Shown here piece by piece: positions 24,907-33,742 of a stretch of DNA of 64,000 nucleotides (within the stretch, counting starts at the first letter, position 1; each line of letters opens with the position of its first letter). Location of the stretch: the NCBI GenBank assembly GCA_024643985.1, contig JAHELW010000002.1:9335-73334 (forward strand), read 5' to 3'. The stretch is from Myxococcales bacterium. Its GTDB lineage: Bacteria; Myxococcota_A; Polyangia; Polyangiales; Houyiibacteriaceae. Position numbers and translations under genes: made by a program. Below the pieces are notes generated by a model. It was not told the DNA's origin. It made no database searches and worked only from the letters and a program-made list of their open reading frames with translations.

Positions 24907-26319
24907 CTAAGGAACGATGTTTTGATTGAACCGGAAGAGGTTCGTCGGATCGTACTTGCGCTTCAGCTCGACGAGTCGGTCGTAGTTTGCCCCGTACGCC
25001 GCGTCGATCGGCGCTTCGCCGTCGGGCACGAAGTTCACGTACACTCCGCCCGTCGCGTATTTCTCCGTGTCGCTGAAGTAGCTTCGTGCCCAGCTCATGC
25101 ACGCATCGTCGTCGCGCGGGTCTTCCCAGCGGGCGTGGACGTTCATCACGTACTCCGCGTCCCGATGTGGATAGGCCGTTGCGTCGCTAGGCACCTGGTT
25201 GACCGCGCCACCGAGGCGTCCGAAAAAGATCTCGGTTTGGTCGCTCGGAAGCCGCGCGGTGTAGTCGAGCGCGGCGTCGACGAGCCCGTCGGAGAGCTCG
25301 AGGAAGTTGTGCGACTTCCAGTAGTTGCGCACTCCGGGTGTGAGCAGCGGATCGAACGCGGTCTGCCATGCCGTATACGCATGGGGGCTGATTACGTCCG
25401 CGATGGGCGTTCCGTACTCGCGTAGGGGTTTGAGCAGTCGCTCCCCCGCATCCAAGTCTCCCGACCAGAACGCGGCGAGGATCGCCACCTCCTTGCCGTG
25501 CACCTCCGGCGGGAGAAACGGCATCGGCGGCGCCTTTCGAAGCACGAGCCACACGTTGAGATCCGCCGGCAGGTCCGCGGCGTATTCGCGATAGAACCTC
25601 ACGAGGTCGGGGGCTGCCGACAGCGGGTGGATGACGAGCCCCGAAAGCACCTCCGGGCCCACTTCGCACAGATCAAACTCGAACGAAGTCACCACGCCGA
25701 AGTTGCCGCCGCCTCCTCGAAGCCCCCAAAACAGATCGGAGTTCTCCTCTTCGCTTGCGACGAGCGCATCTCCATTGGCGGTGACGACGTTCGCCGAGCG
25801 CAGGTTGTCGATCGTGAGCCCATGCTTGCGGCTCAGCCAGCCGAACCCTCCGCCCAACGTCAGTCCGGCGATTCCGGTCGTCGAGTTGATGCCGACCGGT
25901 ACGGCGAGCCCGTGTACCTGCGTTTCGGCATCCAAGTCGCCGAGCGTCGCGCCGGGATCGACCGTAGCGACCTTGCGCCTCGGGTCGACGTGGACCGATC
26001 GAAGCTGGGAAAGGTCGATCAGGAATCCACCGTCACACACCCCCTTGCCGGCGATGTTGTGCCCTGCGCCGCGAACGGCGAGGAGCAGGTCGTGTTCGGC
26101 GGCAAACGTCACCGCGCGGATGACGTCCGCGGCTCCCGAGCATCGGGCGATGAGCCCGGGCCTCCTATCGATCATGGCGTTCCAAATCGTACGTGCAGCG
26201 TCGTAGTCGGGCGACTCGGGGAGCAGCAGGTCACCGCGCAGGTCGGCATCGAGCGCGGTGAGGTGCTCCGCGGAGATCGTCCTCGCGTCACCGTTCATGG
26301 TGAGGACTCTCGCTTCCAT
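24907..26319 (-). CDS. FAD-linked oxidase (FAD_binding_4 with berberine-bridge-enzyme-like C-terminus)
   Basis: RPGLIARCSGAADVIRAVTFAAEHDLLLAVRGAGHNIAG, GINSTTGIAGLTLGGGFGWLSRKHG, and C-terminal YDPTNLFRFNQNI (BBE-like). Confidence 0.9.
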   Translation of the reverse strand: MEARVLTMNGDARTISAEHLTALDADLRGDLLLPESPDYDAARTIWNAMIDRRPGLIARCSGAADVIRAVTFAAEHDLLLAVRGAGHNIAGKGVCDGGFLIDLSQLRSVHVDPRRKVATVDPGATLGDLDAETQVHGLAVPVGINSTTGIAGLTLGGGFGWLSRKHGLTIDNLRSANVVTANGDALVASEEENSDLFWGLRGGGGNFGVVTSFEFDLCEVGPEVLSGLVIHPLSAAPDLVRFYREYAADLPADLNVWLVLRKAPPMPFLPPEVHGKEVAILAAFWSGDLDAGERLLKPLREYGTPIADVISPHAYTAWQTAFDPLLTPGVRNYWKSHNFLELSDGLVDAALDYTARLPSDQTEIFFGRLGGAVNQVPSDATAYPHRDAEYVMNVHARWEDPRDDDACMSWARSYFSDTEKYATGGVYVNFVPDGEAPIDAAYGANYDRLVELKRKYDPTNLFRFNQNIVP

Positions 26320-26420
26320 CGCGAACCTCCTTGTTTGGAGCTGCTGGGACCCCCCGATTTAACGCCGTAGCTCACGGCTAGTCGACCTCCCTCGATTAGG
26401 CTACCCCGGTGTCGGACCCA

Positions 26421-26450
26421 AAGAAAAAGGCCCCGGCGCGAACCAGGGCC
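26421..26450 (-). terminator. Rho-independent terminator after the Cys-rich protein gene
   Basis: The minus strand reads GGCCCTGG-TTCGCG-CCGGGGCC (8-bp stem with one G.U) followed by TTTTTCTT, 34 nt downstream of the stop at 26484. Confidence 0.65.
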
Positions 26451-26483
26451 TTCTTGGTCATGATATTTTTGGCGAAAGAAAGA

Positions 26484-26876
26484 CTACATGCAGAGTGTCG
26501 GGCAGATGCCGAGCGCCAACGCCGAGGGGCAAAGGCCGCACGTGTCTAGCGCGCCGCAGACCACGAACTGAATGTTCTTCGCGCCACCTGCGTTCGGCCC
26601 GTTGGGCTGCACTGATGCGGCGCCGGAGAGGCCGTCGAGCTCACCTTCCTGGAACGCTTCGAGACAACCCGGCGTCGCGACGAACTCGACGAACGCGTTC
26701 GTCACGTCGAGGCACTGATCCGGCTCGCAGCTCATGTCGGCGCATGCCTGTGCACTGCCGAGCGCCGAGGCGACGATCGAGTTGCAGGTGCCCTTCGCGT
26801 TGTCCGCATCAACTTCCGACACGAAGAGTGCGAATGCGGCAAGGGCGACGATGGTGATTGGAAATAGCTTATTCAT
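26484..26876 (-). CDS. Small secreted cysteine-rich protein (10 Cys in mature part)
   Basis: ATG at 26876 with GGAGG 5 nt upstream. Signal peptide MNKLFPITIVALAAFALFVSEVDA. The mature part of about 105 aa has 10 Cys and ends ...CGLCPSALALGICPTLCM. It has its own terminator. Confidence 0.7.
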   Translation of the reverse strand: MNKLFPITIVALAAFALFVSEVDADNAKGTCNSIVASALGSAQACADMSCEPDQCLDVTNAFVEFVATPGCLEAFQEGELDGLSGAASVQPNGPNAGGAKNIQFVVCGALDTCGLCPSALALGICPTLCM

Positions 26877-27093
26877 GATGTCCTCCAAAACCCGTTTCCG
26901 AGGCGCGACGCGACATGCGTCGCCAACCTCTAGGGCCACGAAGCCTCTCGCTATCGCCGATCGCCGTCCATACGTAATTCTTCTCTCACGCAAAAACGAT
27001 CGAAGCGACCGGCCAAGCGCGAAAACTATGCGCGCGCGCAACCGACGGTAATGTCCTACGATCGGGACGCGACCAGATTAGGGGAGGCCGACG

Positions 27094-27543
27094 ATGACCG
27101 CTGGCGAGCTTTGCAATCGGACCGTTTACATAATTCGCGCCGACGAGAGCGTGCTCGAGGCCGCTCGGCTCATGAAGAAGCACCACGTGGGTTGTCTCGT
27201 CGTCGTCGAAGAGCGTGAGGGAGATCGAATTCCCATTGCGCTCGTGACCGACCGCGACCTGGTCGTGAAGGGCTTGACCGAATCTCCCGCGGATTTCGAA
27301 ACCACGACGGTGAGTCAGGTCATGAGCGAAGGGCTCACGAAGGCTCGCGAGTCCGAAAGGATGTACGACGTCCGCAAGAAGATGCGCGCCCACGGGGTGC
27401 GCCGGATTCCGGTCGTCGATGCCGAAAACCGGCTCCAGGGCATCATCACGTTCGACGACATGGTGGAGTGGATGGCGCAGGAGCTCACCGACCTCGCGCA
27501 GCTGGTTTCCCGCGAGCAGGAGCGCGAGTCCGAAAGCGTCTGA
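27094..27543 (+). CDS. CBS-domain pair protein
   Basis: Two CBS-like units (VYIIRADESVLEAARLMKKHHVGCLVVV ; MYDVRKKMRAHGVRRIPVVDAENRLQGIITFDDM). GGGGAGG RBS upstream. Confidence 0.85.
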   Translation: MTAGELCNRTVYIIRADESVLEAARLMKKHHVGCLVVVEEREGDRIPIALVTDRDLVVKGLTESPADFETTTVSQVMSEGLTKARESERMYDVRKKMRAHGVRRIPVVDAENRLQGIITFDDMVEWMAQELTDLAQLVSREQERESESV

Positions 27544-27604
27544 ATTGCTGCAGTTTGTTACGGTCGCTAGTCGACTCCGCGCGACTAGGCTACCCTCCGC
27601 CGCC

Positions 27605-28846
27605 ATGCGTTCCCTTTCTTCGTTAGGCGTGGCCGTCGGCGCGGCTGCAATTCTCTTCTCCTCTCTTCTTGGCTGCAGCAGCGACTCCGGCAGCACGGGC
27701 ACCGGCGGAAGCGGCGGTGCCGGCGGAGGCGGCGGCGCGAACGCCGACGAGCTCTTCGAGCCAGGACCCTACGAGGTCGGCTATCGCGAGCTGGCGATCA
27801 CGTATAGCGCCGCAGCGTCGGGCGATGACCGCGAGCTCGTCCTCCGCATCTGGTATCCGGCACAGGACGACTCCGGAGCGGACCCCGCGCGCTACGCGCT
27901 CAGCAACGAGTTCATCGACCTCGACCTCGCAGCGGGCATCGCGCTCGACGGACCTCCCGTCAACGACGAGACCGGCTTCCCGTTCGTCGTGTATTCTCAC
28001 GGCAACGGCGGCGAAGGCCTGCTTGCGTATCCCTATGGCGAGCTGATGGCCTCACACGGCTGGATCCTCGTCGCGCCCAATCACACCGGCAACACCGCCT
28101 TCGATCTGCTTGGGATGCCCGATCCTGGAACGCGCTCCGCGCTCGACCGGCCGAACGACATCACGGCCATCATCGACGAGTTCGAGTCCGGCCTCGCCGG
28201 CGACGAGCTGGCGGGCAAGGCCGATACTTCCAGTGTCTTCGTCTTCGGGCATAGCTTCGGCGGATACACCACCTTTGCCGCGGGCGGCGCCGACGCCGAC
28301 TTCGACGCCGCGAACGAAGACTGTGCGGGCTCGATGAGCGCGAGCTGCGAAGTGCTCGCCGATCCCGACGTCGAAACCGCGTACCGCGCCGGCTTCGGCG
28401 ACCCGCGTGTCGTTGCAATTGCGCCGCAGGCGCCGGCTCTCGTTTCGATTTCACAGGAGGAGCTCGCCGCACTCGAGGTCCCCACGATGCTGATGACGGG
28501 TCGGTTGGATCAGACCACTACGCAAGAGGAGCAGGCCGAGCCCGCATGGGCAGGCGTCGACAACCCGGACGATCTCTGGGTCGAGATGCCCGAAGGCGCT
28601 CACTTCACCTTCATCACGATCTGCTACGACCTCGACCCCGGCCTGCTCGCGCTCTTTCAACCCGACGCCGGCGACGACGGCTGCGGCCCCCAGTTCATCG
28701 ACGCCCAGGAAGCGGTCCCGGTTCTTGCAGCCTACGTCCTAGCCTTCGGCCGCCGCCACGTGCTCGGCGAAACCGAATGGAACGAAGTGCTCACCGGCCC
28801 CCCCCTAGGCCCCGAAGGCGACTTCGTAATCACCCTCCCCCAGTAA
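27605..28846 (+). CDS. Alpha/beta-hydrolase lipoprotein (PAF-acetylhydrolase/dienelactone-hydrolase-like)
   Basis: ATG at 27605. LFSSLLGC lipobox plus GGSGGAGGGGG linker. VVYSHGNGG oxyanion region. Nucleophile elbow GHSFGG. Confidence 0.8.
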   Translation: MRSLSSLGVAVGAAAILFSSLLGCSSDSGSTGTGGSGGAGGGGGANADELFEPGPYEVGYRELAITYSAAASGDDRELVLRIWYPAQDDSGADPARYALSNEFIDLDLAAGIALDGPPVNDETGFPFVVYSHGNGGEGLLAYPYGELMASHGWILVAPNHTGNTAFDLLGMPDPGTRSALDRPNDITAIIDEFESGLAGDELAGKADTSSVFVFGHSFGGYTTFAAGGADADFDAANEDCAGSMSASCEVLADPDVETAYRAGFGDPRVVAIAPQAPALVSISQEELAALEVPTMLMTGRLDQTTTQEEQAEPAWAGVDNPDDLWVEMPEGAHFTFITICYDLDPGLLALFQPDAGDDGCGPQFIDAQEAVPVLAAYVLAFGRRHVLGETEWNEVLTGPPLGPEGDFVITLPQ

Positions 28847-29447
28847 GGGGACATTCTCCCCCTCCGCAAACCCCCTCATTCCAACCACTTACGACCCACA
28901 CCGCGAAAACCCGGATGAGGTGGGGCGTGGTTGCTCAGTCGGGGGCCTGCTTTGGTTTAGTTATATCCGACCCACTCGGACGCCTTCGGCGGTCAGTTGG
29001 TCCCGCCCCACCACCCCCACGCTATCGCCTACCCCCGCCCGTAATCCTCCCTCCGCGCCTTCGCTGCGCTCCGGCTTAGCGGCGCATGCGCGCCGGGCTT
29101 CGCCCTTCGGGCTCGCGCTTCCGCCTGCTTCCCGCCCGCCTGGCGAGGGGCAAAACGCTTGCCTAGGGGCTCGGAAAAAACGCGACGTGGGTCGGAGCGG
29201 ACGTGCCAAGTGACAATCGCCACAACAGCAACCACCGGCGATTGGCGCGCCGCCCGAGGGAGCGCGTGCGCGGCCTACATCGCCAATCTTACGGGCCGCA
29301 TTTGCAGGCGCTCCCGCTCCGCGCAGGCCCGCGTCGTGTTTTTTCCGAGCCCCGTATGCACGGCAGTGCAGCCTCATCCGGGTTTTCGCGGTGTGGGTCG
29401 TAAGGGGTTGAAAAGACTTCGTTTGGGAGGGGGGAGAATGTCCCCCC
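28847..29447. mobile_element. MITE-like structured repeat, copy 1 (601 bp, about 74-nt terminal inverted repeats)
   Basis: It starts at the first base after the TAA stop at 28844-28846 and ends at the last base before TCA (the TGA stop of the minus gene at 29448-29450). The left end GGGGACATTCTCCCCC...CTTACGACCCACACCGCGAAAACCCGGATGAGG is mirrored at the right end. It shares its arms and a core of about 330 nt with 45669-46163. No credible ORF. Confidence 0.7.
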
Positions 29448-30362
29448 TCATGCGAGGGAGTTTAGGGACCAGTCGTAGCGGTGGTAGTCGAGGTCGTAGC
29501 CGGCGTCGAAGGCCGTCTGGAGGAGTTCCTTCTGCTCGGGGGAGGCGTGCTTCAACAGGAACAGGTGCACCCCGGCTTCACGCCCGAAGTCGCTTTCGTA
29601 GTAGCGAAACGTGATCGGTATTCGAACTACGCGTGCGCTCTCGTCGACCTCGACGTCGGATGCCACGTAGTTGTCGGCCGCGAGATCCAGCTGTTCGTCG
29701 AGCTTGCTCGCCTCGTAGAACGCAACGGCCGGGCAGCTGGTCGACGCGCACACGAGCGCCGCGTGGATTCGTGCGTCGACGTGAGAAGGACCAAGCGCCA
29801 GCCTCGGATCGTCGTCGTCGAACAGCCTCGACTTGGTCGCAGGATGAGGTGCGTTACGGCGAAGCACGCCGTTTTCGATCTCGTCGAGCGTGAGAACCAG
29901 ATCGCCCACGCGGTAGGCGACGACGCCGAAAAAGGACGGCAGCTCCATCACCGACTCCCGAACCCCCGTCTCGAGCACGCCGTGAATCGCGAGCACGTTG
30001 TAGAGGTTGATCCAAAATGCGATTCGGGCGTCGTCGCCGATGATTTGCGCCGGGTCTACCCGGTGAAGGAGCCGGCTGGTCTTTCGAAGCTCCGCGTAGG
30101 TGGACGACGACTCGAGCTTCTCGTAGTCGACCTTGCCATCCGCGCCGATGACCTCCACCTTCAGCGAGCTCCCGAGCTTGCGCAGCGCCTCGGCGGCGGC
30201 CGCCGGCGCCACTTCCCCGGCCTCGCCAGGCGCATCCCGGTTGAGCACCTTACGCGCGAGCCACGCGTTCGGCATCAGCGCTTTGGCGAGCTCGGCGGGG
30301 TTCCGGGCGCGACGCAAGATGTCACCCGCATCTCGCAGATTTCGAAAAAAGGAGTCCGCCAT
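29448..30362 (-). CDS. DUF547-family protein
   Basis: IAFWINLYNVLAIHGV ... LDEIENGVLR ... DARIHAALVCASTSCPAV ... match the DUF547 conserved blocks. Confidence 0.8.
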   Translation of the reverse strand: MADSFFRNLRDAGDILRRARNPAELAKALMPNAWLARKVLNRDAPGEAGEVAPAAAAEALRKLGSSLKVEVIGADGKVDYEKLESSSTYAELRKTSRLLHRVDPAQIIGDDARIAFWINLYNVLAIHGVLETGVRESVMELPSFFGVVAYRVGDLVLTLDEIENGVLRRNAPHPATKSRLFDDDDPRLALGPSHVDARIHAALVCASTSCPAVAFYEASKLDEQLDLAADNYVASDVEVDESARVVRIPITFRYYESDFGREAGVHLFLLKHASPEQKELLQTAFDAGYDLDYHRYDWSLNSLA

Positions 30363-30395
30363 TTCGATCGAGCGTACGTGCGACGAGCCGCTTCG

Positions 30396-32471
30396 TCACT
30401 CACTGGCTGGGTCTGGCAGACGGACGAGCGCCCCTGGCGAAGTCTCGAGCGGCCTCACCTGAACCGGTCCGGACGTCCAGCTCTCCCCCGCCACCTCGTG
30501 CCGCGCCGTGATCCACACGGCGCCCGCGGGCACTCCCCGGAGCTGAAAGCCACCCTGAGCATCGGTGCGCACCCCGCGGTCCCACCGCGGAGGATCGCCC
30601 CACGCGACCTCTGCGCCGGCGACCGGATCCCGGTTCACGTCGACCACATGGCCCTCCACGACCCCGCCCGGCTTCAGGTACACCGGCTCGAGCTCCTGAG
30701 GCCGGTCGACGTACCGGGCCGGCTCGATCACCACTCGCCGGCTCTGAGGCTCGTAGTCGGCATGGGATAGCGACACGTCGTAGGTTCCCGTCGGCAGCTG
30801 CCGCAACACGAAGGTGCCATCTCGTCGTGTTTTCGTTTCGACCTCCACCGGGCCTGCGAGCGCCACCCGTACATCGGAAAGCCCCTTCGCATTCCACTCG
30901 TCGAGAACCTCGCCGAGGAAAGTCACTCCCGCCGTCATCGTCACGACCACGCCGTCGACCTCCACGACCTCCAAGAGACCGGTGGAGCTGAAGGCAGGAT
31001 GCTCGGCGCTCAGTGCGAACGGCGGCTCGGGAAGTGCGGGCACCGAGAAGGTGCCGTCGGAATCGGACTTCGCCGTCCGGCGCACCGGCGTGCTCGGATT
31101 CCGCGATTCCACGGTGAGCAGCGCGCCACCAATCCCGAAGCCACGCTCGTCGACGACTCGTCCCCGAAGGGTGTAGAGCGCGGTCGCGAGAGTGAGCTCG
31201 ACCGTCACGAGCGCATCGTCGTCGATCGGGAGTGTTCTACGGGATGGCGGAAGGTCGTAGGGCAGGGCGGTCACCGTGACCTCTCCGCGCACGCCTTGAA
31301 AAGAAAACGACCCATCCGATGCGGTCACCGCCATCCGAGGCAGCCGCTCATCCTTCCCGCGAAGCTCGACCGGAATGGCCTCGAGCCCGACGCCGCGCTC
31401 GTCCACCACGCGCCCGGCGAGCTCGGCCCCCGGCTGCATCTCGATTCGAACACCGCGGAGCGCCACTCCTCCCGCGACCCGAAGCCGCTCCGACGCGGCG
31501 GGCGCGAAGGCGTCGTGGCTCGCGGCCACCGTGTACGCTCCCGGCCTGAGGCGCGCGAGCACGAAGCGACCGTCGCGCCCGGTCGTTGCTTGTCCGACGA
31601 ACGCCAGCGAGTCGGCCCCCGGCGCGGTGATCGGCGGCACCGGCCCCGCGGTCACCCCGAGCGAGTCCGCGGCCGGCACTCGGCCGGCTCCGCGCTCTCC
31701 GAACGCCCGCACGATGGCGTTTGCAACTGGGCGTCCGTCGCCATCCACGACCTCCCCTTCGATTCTCGCCGCTCGCTGGAGCTCGACCGTGAGCGGAGGA
31801 GCGTCCGAGAGCTGAACCAGAGGTCCGGCGACCAGGTAGTCGTCGGCGTCGACGTAGAGGGTCTGCCTGTCGCCGACCACCCCGACGAGCTCGAACTCTC
31901 CTCGGCGATCGCTCCGCGTGCGTCGCACGTGCAGCCCCAGCGCGCCGCTCGCGACGGTGACCTCGGCCTGGTGAATCGGGGCCCCGGTCCTGGCGTCCCG
32001 CACCCGGCCAGCCAGCGTCCACCCTTTCGCGAGCCGCATTGCGAAGACTCGCCGGCCTCCCGCGTCGAGGATCAGGCCCTCGAGGGGAGGCGCGACCAGC
32101 TCCCCCTTCGCGACCCGGAGCTCGTAGATCCCTGGCGGGATCCCGGCCCACCGAAACCGGCCGTCCGCGCCGCTTTCGATCGACCGCGCCGGCCAAAACC
32201 CGCTCCCTCCGAGCGAGACGACCGCGCCGCCCACCGGCCGGCCGTCGTCGGCATAAACGCGGCCGCTGAGCGTCGCCGTCCCGATTCCGACCTCTGCCGG
32301 CGAGACGACGCCAGCCGAGCCGGCGACCCCAGAGTCCGCACGCGGGTCGAGCTTCGCCACGTAGGTGCCGGGAATCATGAAGGTCCCGAGAACCAACAGC
32401 CCGGTGATTGCCCCCGCTGCGCGCATCCGTCTTCGTTGTATCCTCGATCGATGGGGCCCGCGAGCCCGCAT
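30396..32471 (-). CDS. Secreted protein made of tandem carboxypeptidase-regulatory-like beta-sandwich repeats
   Basis: Repeated units of the form GRVxDxxGxPxxGAxVxL...DGxFxxxGLPxGxYxL occur at least 7 times. It has an N-terminal signal/TM segment. The start may be the internal Met at 32426. Confidence 0.8.
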   Translation of the reverse strand: MRARGPHRSRIQRRRMRAAGAITGLLVLGTFMIPGTYVAKLDPRADSGVAGSAGVVSPAEVGIGTATLSGRVYADDGRPVGGAVVSLGGSGFWPARSIESGADGRFRWAGIPPGIYELRVAKGELVAPPLEGLILDAGGRRVFAMRLAKGWTLAGRVRDARTGAPIHQAEVTVASGALGLHVRRTRSDRRGEFELVGVVGDRQTLYVDADDYLVAGPLVQLSDAPPLTVELQRAARIEGEVVDGDGRPVANAIVRAFGERGAGRVPAADSLGVTAGPVPPITAPGADSLAFVGQATTGRDGRFVLARLRPGAYTVAASHDAFAPAASERLRVAGGVALRGVRIEMQPGAELAGRVVDERGVGLEAIPVELRGKDERLPRMAVTASDGSFSFQGVRGEVTVTALPYDLPPSRRTLPIDDDALVTVELTLATALYTLRGRVVDERGFGIGGALLTVESRNPSTPVRRTAKSDSDGTFSVPALPEPPFALSAEHPAFSSTGLLEVVEVDGVVVTMTAGVTFLGEVLDEWNAKGLSDVRVALAGPVEVETKTRRDGTFVLRQLPTGTYDVSLSHADYEPQSRRVVIEPARYVDRPQELEPVYLKPGGVVEGHVVDVNRDPVAGAEVAWGDPPRWDRGVRTDAQGGFQLRGVPAGAVWITARHEVAGESWTSGPVQVRPLETSPGALVRLPDPASE

Positions 32472-32531
32472 TCTTGCGGCCCCTCATCCCGGGTGCTACA
32501 CCCGCGCTCCTTCAGGAGTCGAGAACCGACC

Positions 32532-32723
32532 ATGGCACAGACCTGCGATTTCTGTGGCAAGAACCGCCACAAGGCCCACAAAGTGAGCCACTCGAACATC
32601 AAGACCAGGAAGTGGCAGCGGCCCAACCTGCAGTCGATTCGGGCGGTCGTCGACGGCAAGGTCCGCCGGGTCACGGCCTGCACGAGGTGCATTCGCTCGG
32701 GTAAGGTTGTCAAGGCCGCGTAG
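32532..32723 (+). CDS. rpmB: 50S ribosomal protein L28
   Basis: MAQTCDFCGKNRHKAHKVSHSNIKTRKWQRPNLQSIRAVVDGKVRRVTACTRCIRSGKV is a full-length L28 sequence (63 aa). GGAG lies upstream. Confidence 0.95.
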   Translation: MAQTCDFCGKNRHKAHKVSHSNIKTRKWQRPNLQSIRAVVDGKVRRVTACTRCIRSGKVVKAA

Positions 32724-33732
32724 ACGACGCGAGGTTGCGCTCCCACCGGGCTGCGACCCGGCCTCGATACTGCTGTCTTTCCCAGTGGCGCCCGAGCACG
32801 CCGGCCAGCGCCTCGACCGGTTCATCCAGCATCGGATTCCGCGCCTCTCTCGAACCCGCGCACAGGAAGTGGTCAGGGCGTGCGCCTATCGGGCGGACGG
32901 CACCAGGCGGCGGGCCAGTGAGAGGTTGCGCGCCGGAGAGACGGTGCTGCTGGTCCGCCCGCCTTTCGAAGAGCCGCACGTCCCCTTGTATTTCGACGTC
33001 CTCCACGAAGACGAGGCCATCCTCGCGCTCGACAAGCCGGCCGGCCTTCCGGTGCATCCGTCGGCGACCTACCACAAGAACACGCTCACCTATCTCCTCC
33101 GGCAGCGCTTTGGCGCACAATCCCCGCAAATCGCGCACCGCCTCGATCGAGAAACCAGCGGCCTTCTTCTCTGCGGCAAGACGCTCGACGCCGAGCGCGC
33201 CTTGAAAAACGACTTCGAGAACCGACAGGTCCAAAAGCGATATCTTGCAATCGTCCGAGGAGTCATGCCCGACGATGCAGGTCGCATCGAGCTATCGATG
33301 GATCGCGTCAAGGAGGGGCTTCACATCTTGATGGAAGTCACGGCGAACGGAGAGGGGTACCCGTCGGTGACGCGCTATCGGGTTCTCGCGCGCCGTGACG
33401 GAGCGACGCTCGTCGCGCTTGCACCCGAGAGCGGCCGTCAGCACCAGCTTCGGGTCCACTTGGCTGCACTCGGTTTCCCAATCGTAGGCGACAAGCTCTA
33501 CGGCCCCGAGGGCGTGCAGACCTTTCTCGACTACATCGACACGGGCATGACCGACTCTCTGCGAGAGCGGCTCGGTCACGATCGACAAGCGCTTCACGCA
33601 TACCAGCTGGACTTCACGCACCCGGCGACCGGCGAGCCTACCACGTTGACCGCGCCGCTTTCCGACGACCTCGTGACGCTCTGGGGTCGGCCGATCCCTG
33701 AGGCCACGCTCCGGTCTTCGGCGGCGTGCTAG
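32707..33732 (+). CDS. RluA-family pseudouridine synthase
   Basis: ILALDKPAGLPVHP, the catalytic HRLDRETSGLLLCGKT, YLAIVRG, GRQHQLRVHLA and PIVGDKLYG. The start is uncertain (TTG 32707 overlaps rpmB by 17 nt). Confidence 0.85.
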   Translation: MSRPRRRREVALPPGCDPASILLSFPVAPEHAGQRLDRFIQHRIPRLSRTRAQEVVRACAYRADGTRRRASERLRAGETVLLVRPPFEEPHVPLYFDVLHEDEAILALDKPAGLPVHPSATYHKNTLTYLLRQRFGAQSPQIAHRLDRETSGLLLCGKTLDAERALKNDFENRQVQKRYLAIVRGVMPDDAGRIELSMDRVKEGLHILMEVTANGEGYPSVTRYRVLARRDGATLVALAPESGRQHQLRVHLAALGFPIVGDKLYGPEGVQTFLDYIDTGMTDSLRERLGHDRQALHAYQLDFTHPATGEPTTLTAPLSDDLVTLWGRPIPEATLRSSAAC

Positions 33733-33742
33733 ACTTGCCGAA

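Noticed and set aside
22902-24929. A very long ORF (675 aa, + strand) opposite the SGNH-hydrolase gene. Similar long ORFs occur at 5614-6615, 7911-8939, 9264-10235, 10442-11989, 29481-30770, 30999-32531, 35568-37121, 42215-43309 (-), 51417-52607, 55851-57116 and 62481-63983.
   Set aside because: These have Arg/Pro/Ala/Gly-dominated composition typical of shadow frames in GC-rich DNA. Each overlaps a gene on the other strand or frame that has clear family motifs. None shows domain signatures.
28919-29015. A tRNA- or tmRNA-like look to the extra segment in repeat copy 1 (GGGGCG...CGCCCC followed by ACCA, and a GCTCAGTCGG D-loop-like string).
   Set aside because: No T-arm (GGTTCGAATCC-like) is present, and no consistent D or anticodon stem can be drawn. 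At about 95 nt the length is wrong for a tRNA. It is probably just a hairpin within the repeat.
28920-29377. ORFs inside the two repeat elements (28920-29213, 28961-29377, 29159-29614, 45697-46077, 45784-46173).
   Set aside because: They have Arg/Pro/Ala-rich junk composition. The frames are not conserved between the two copies because the core is inverted and carries indels. No start context is visible.
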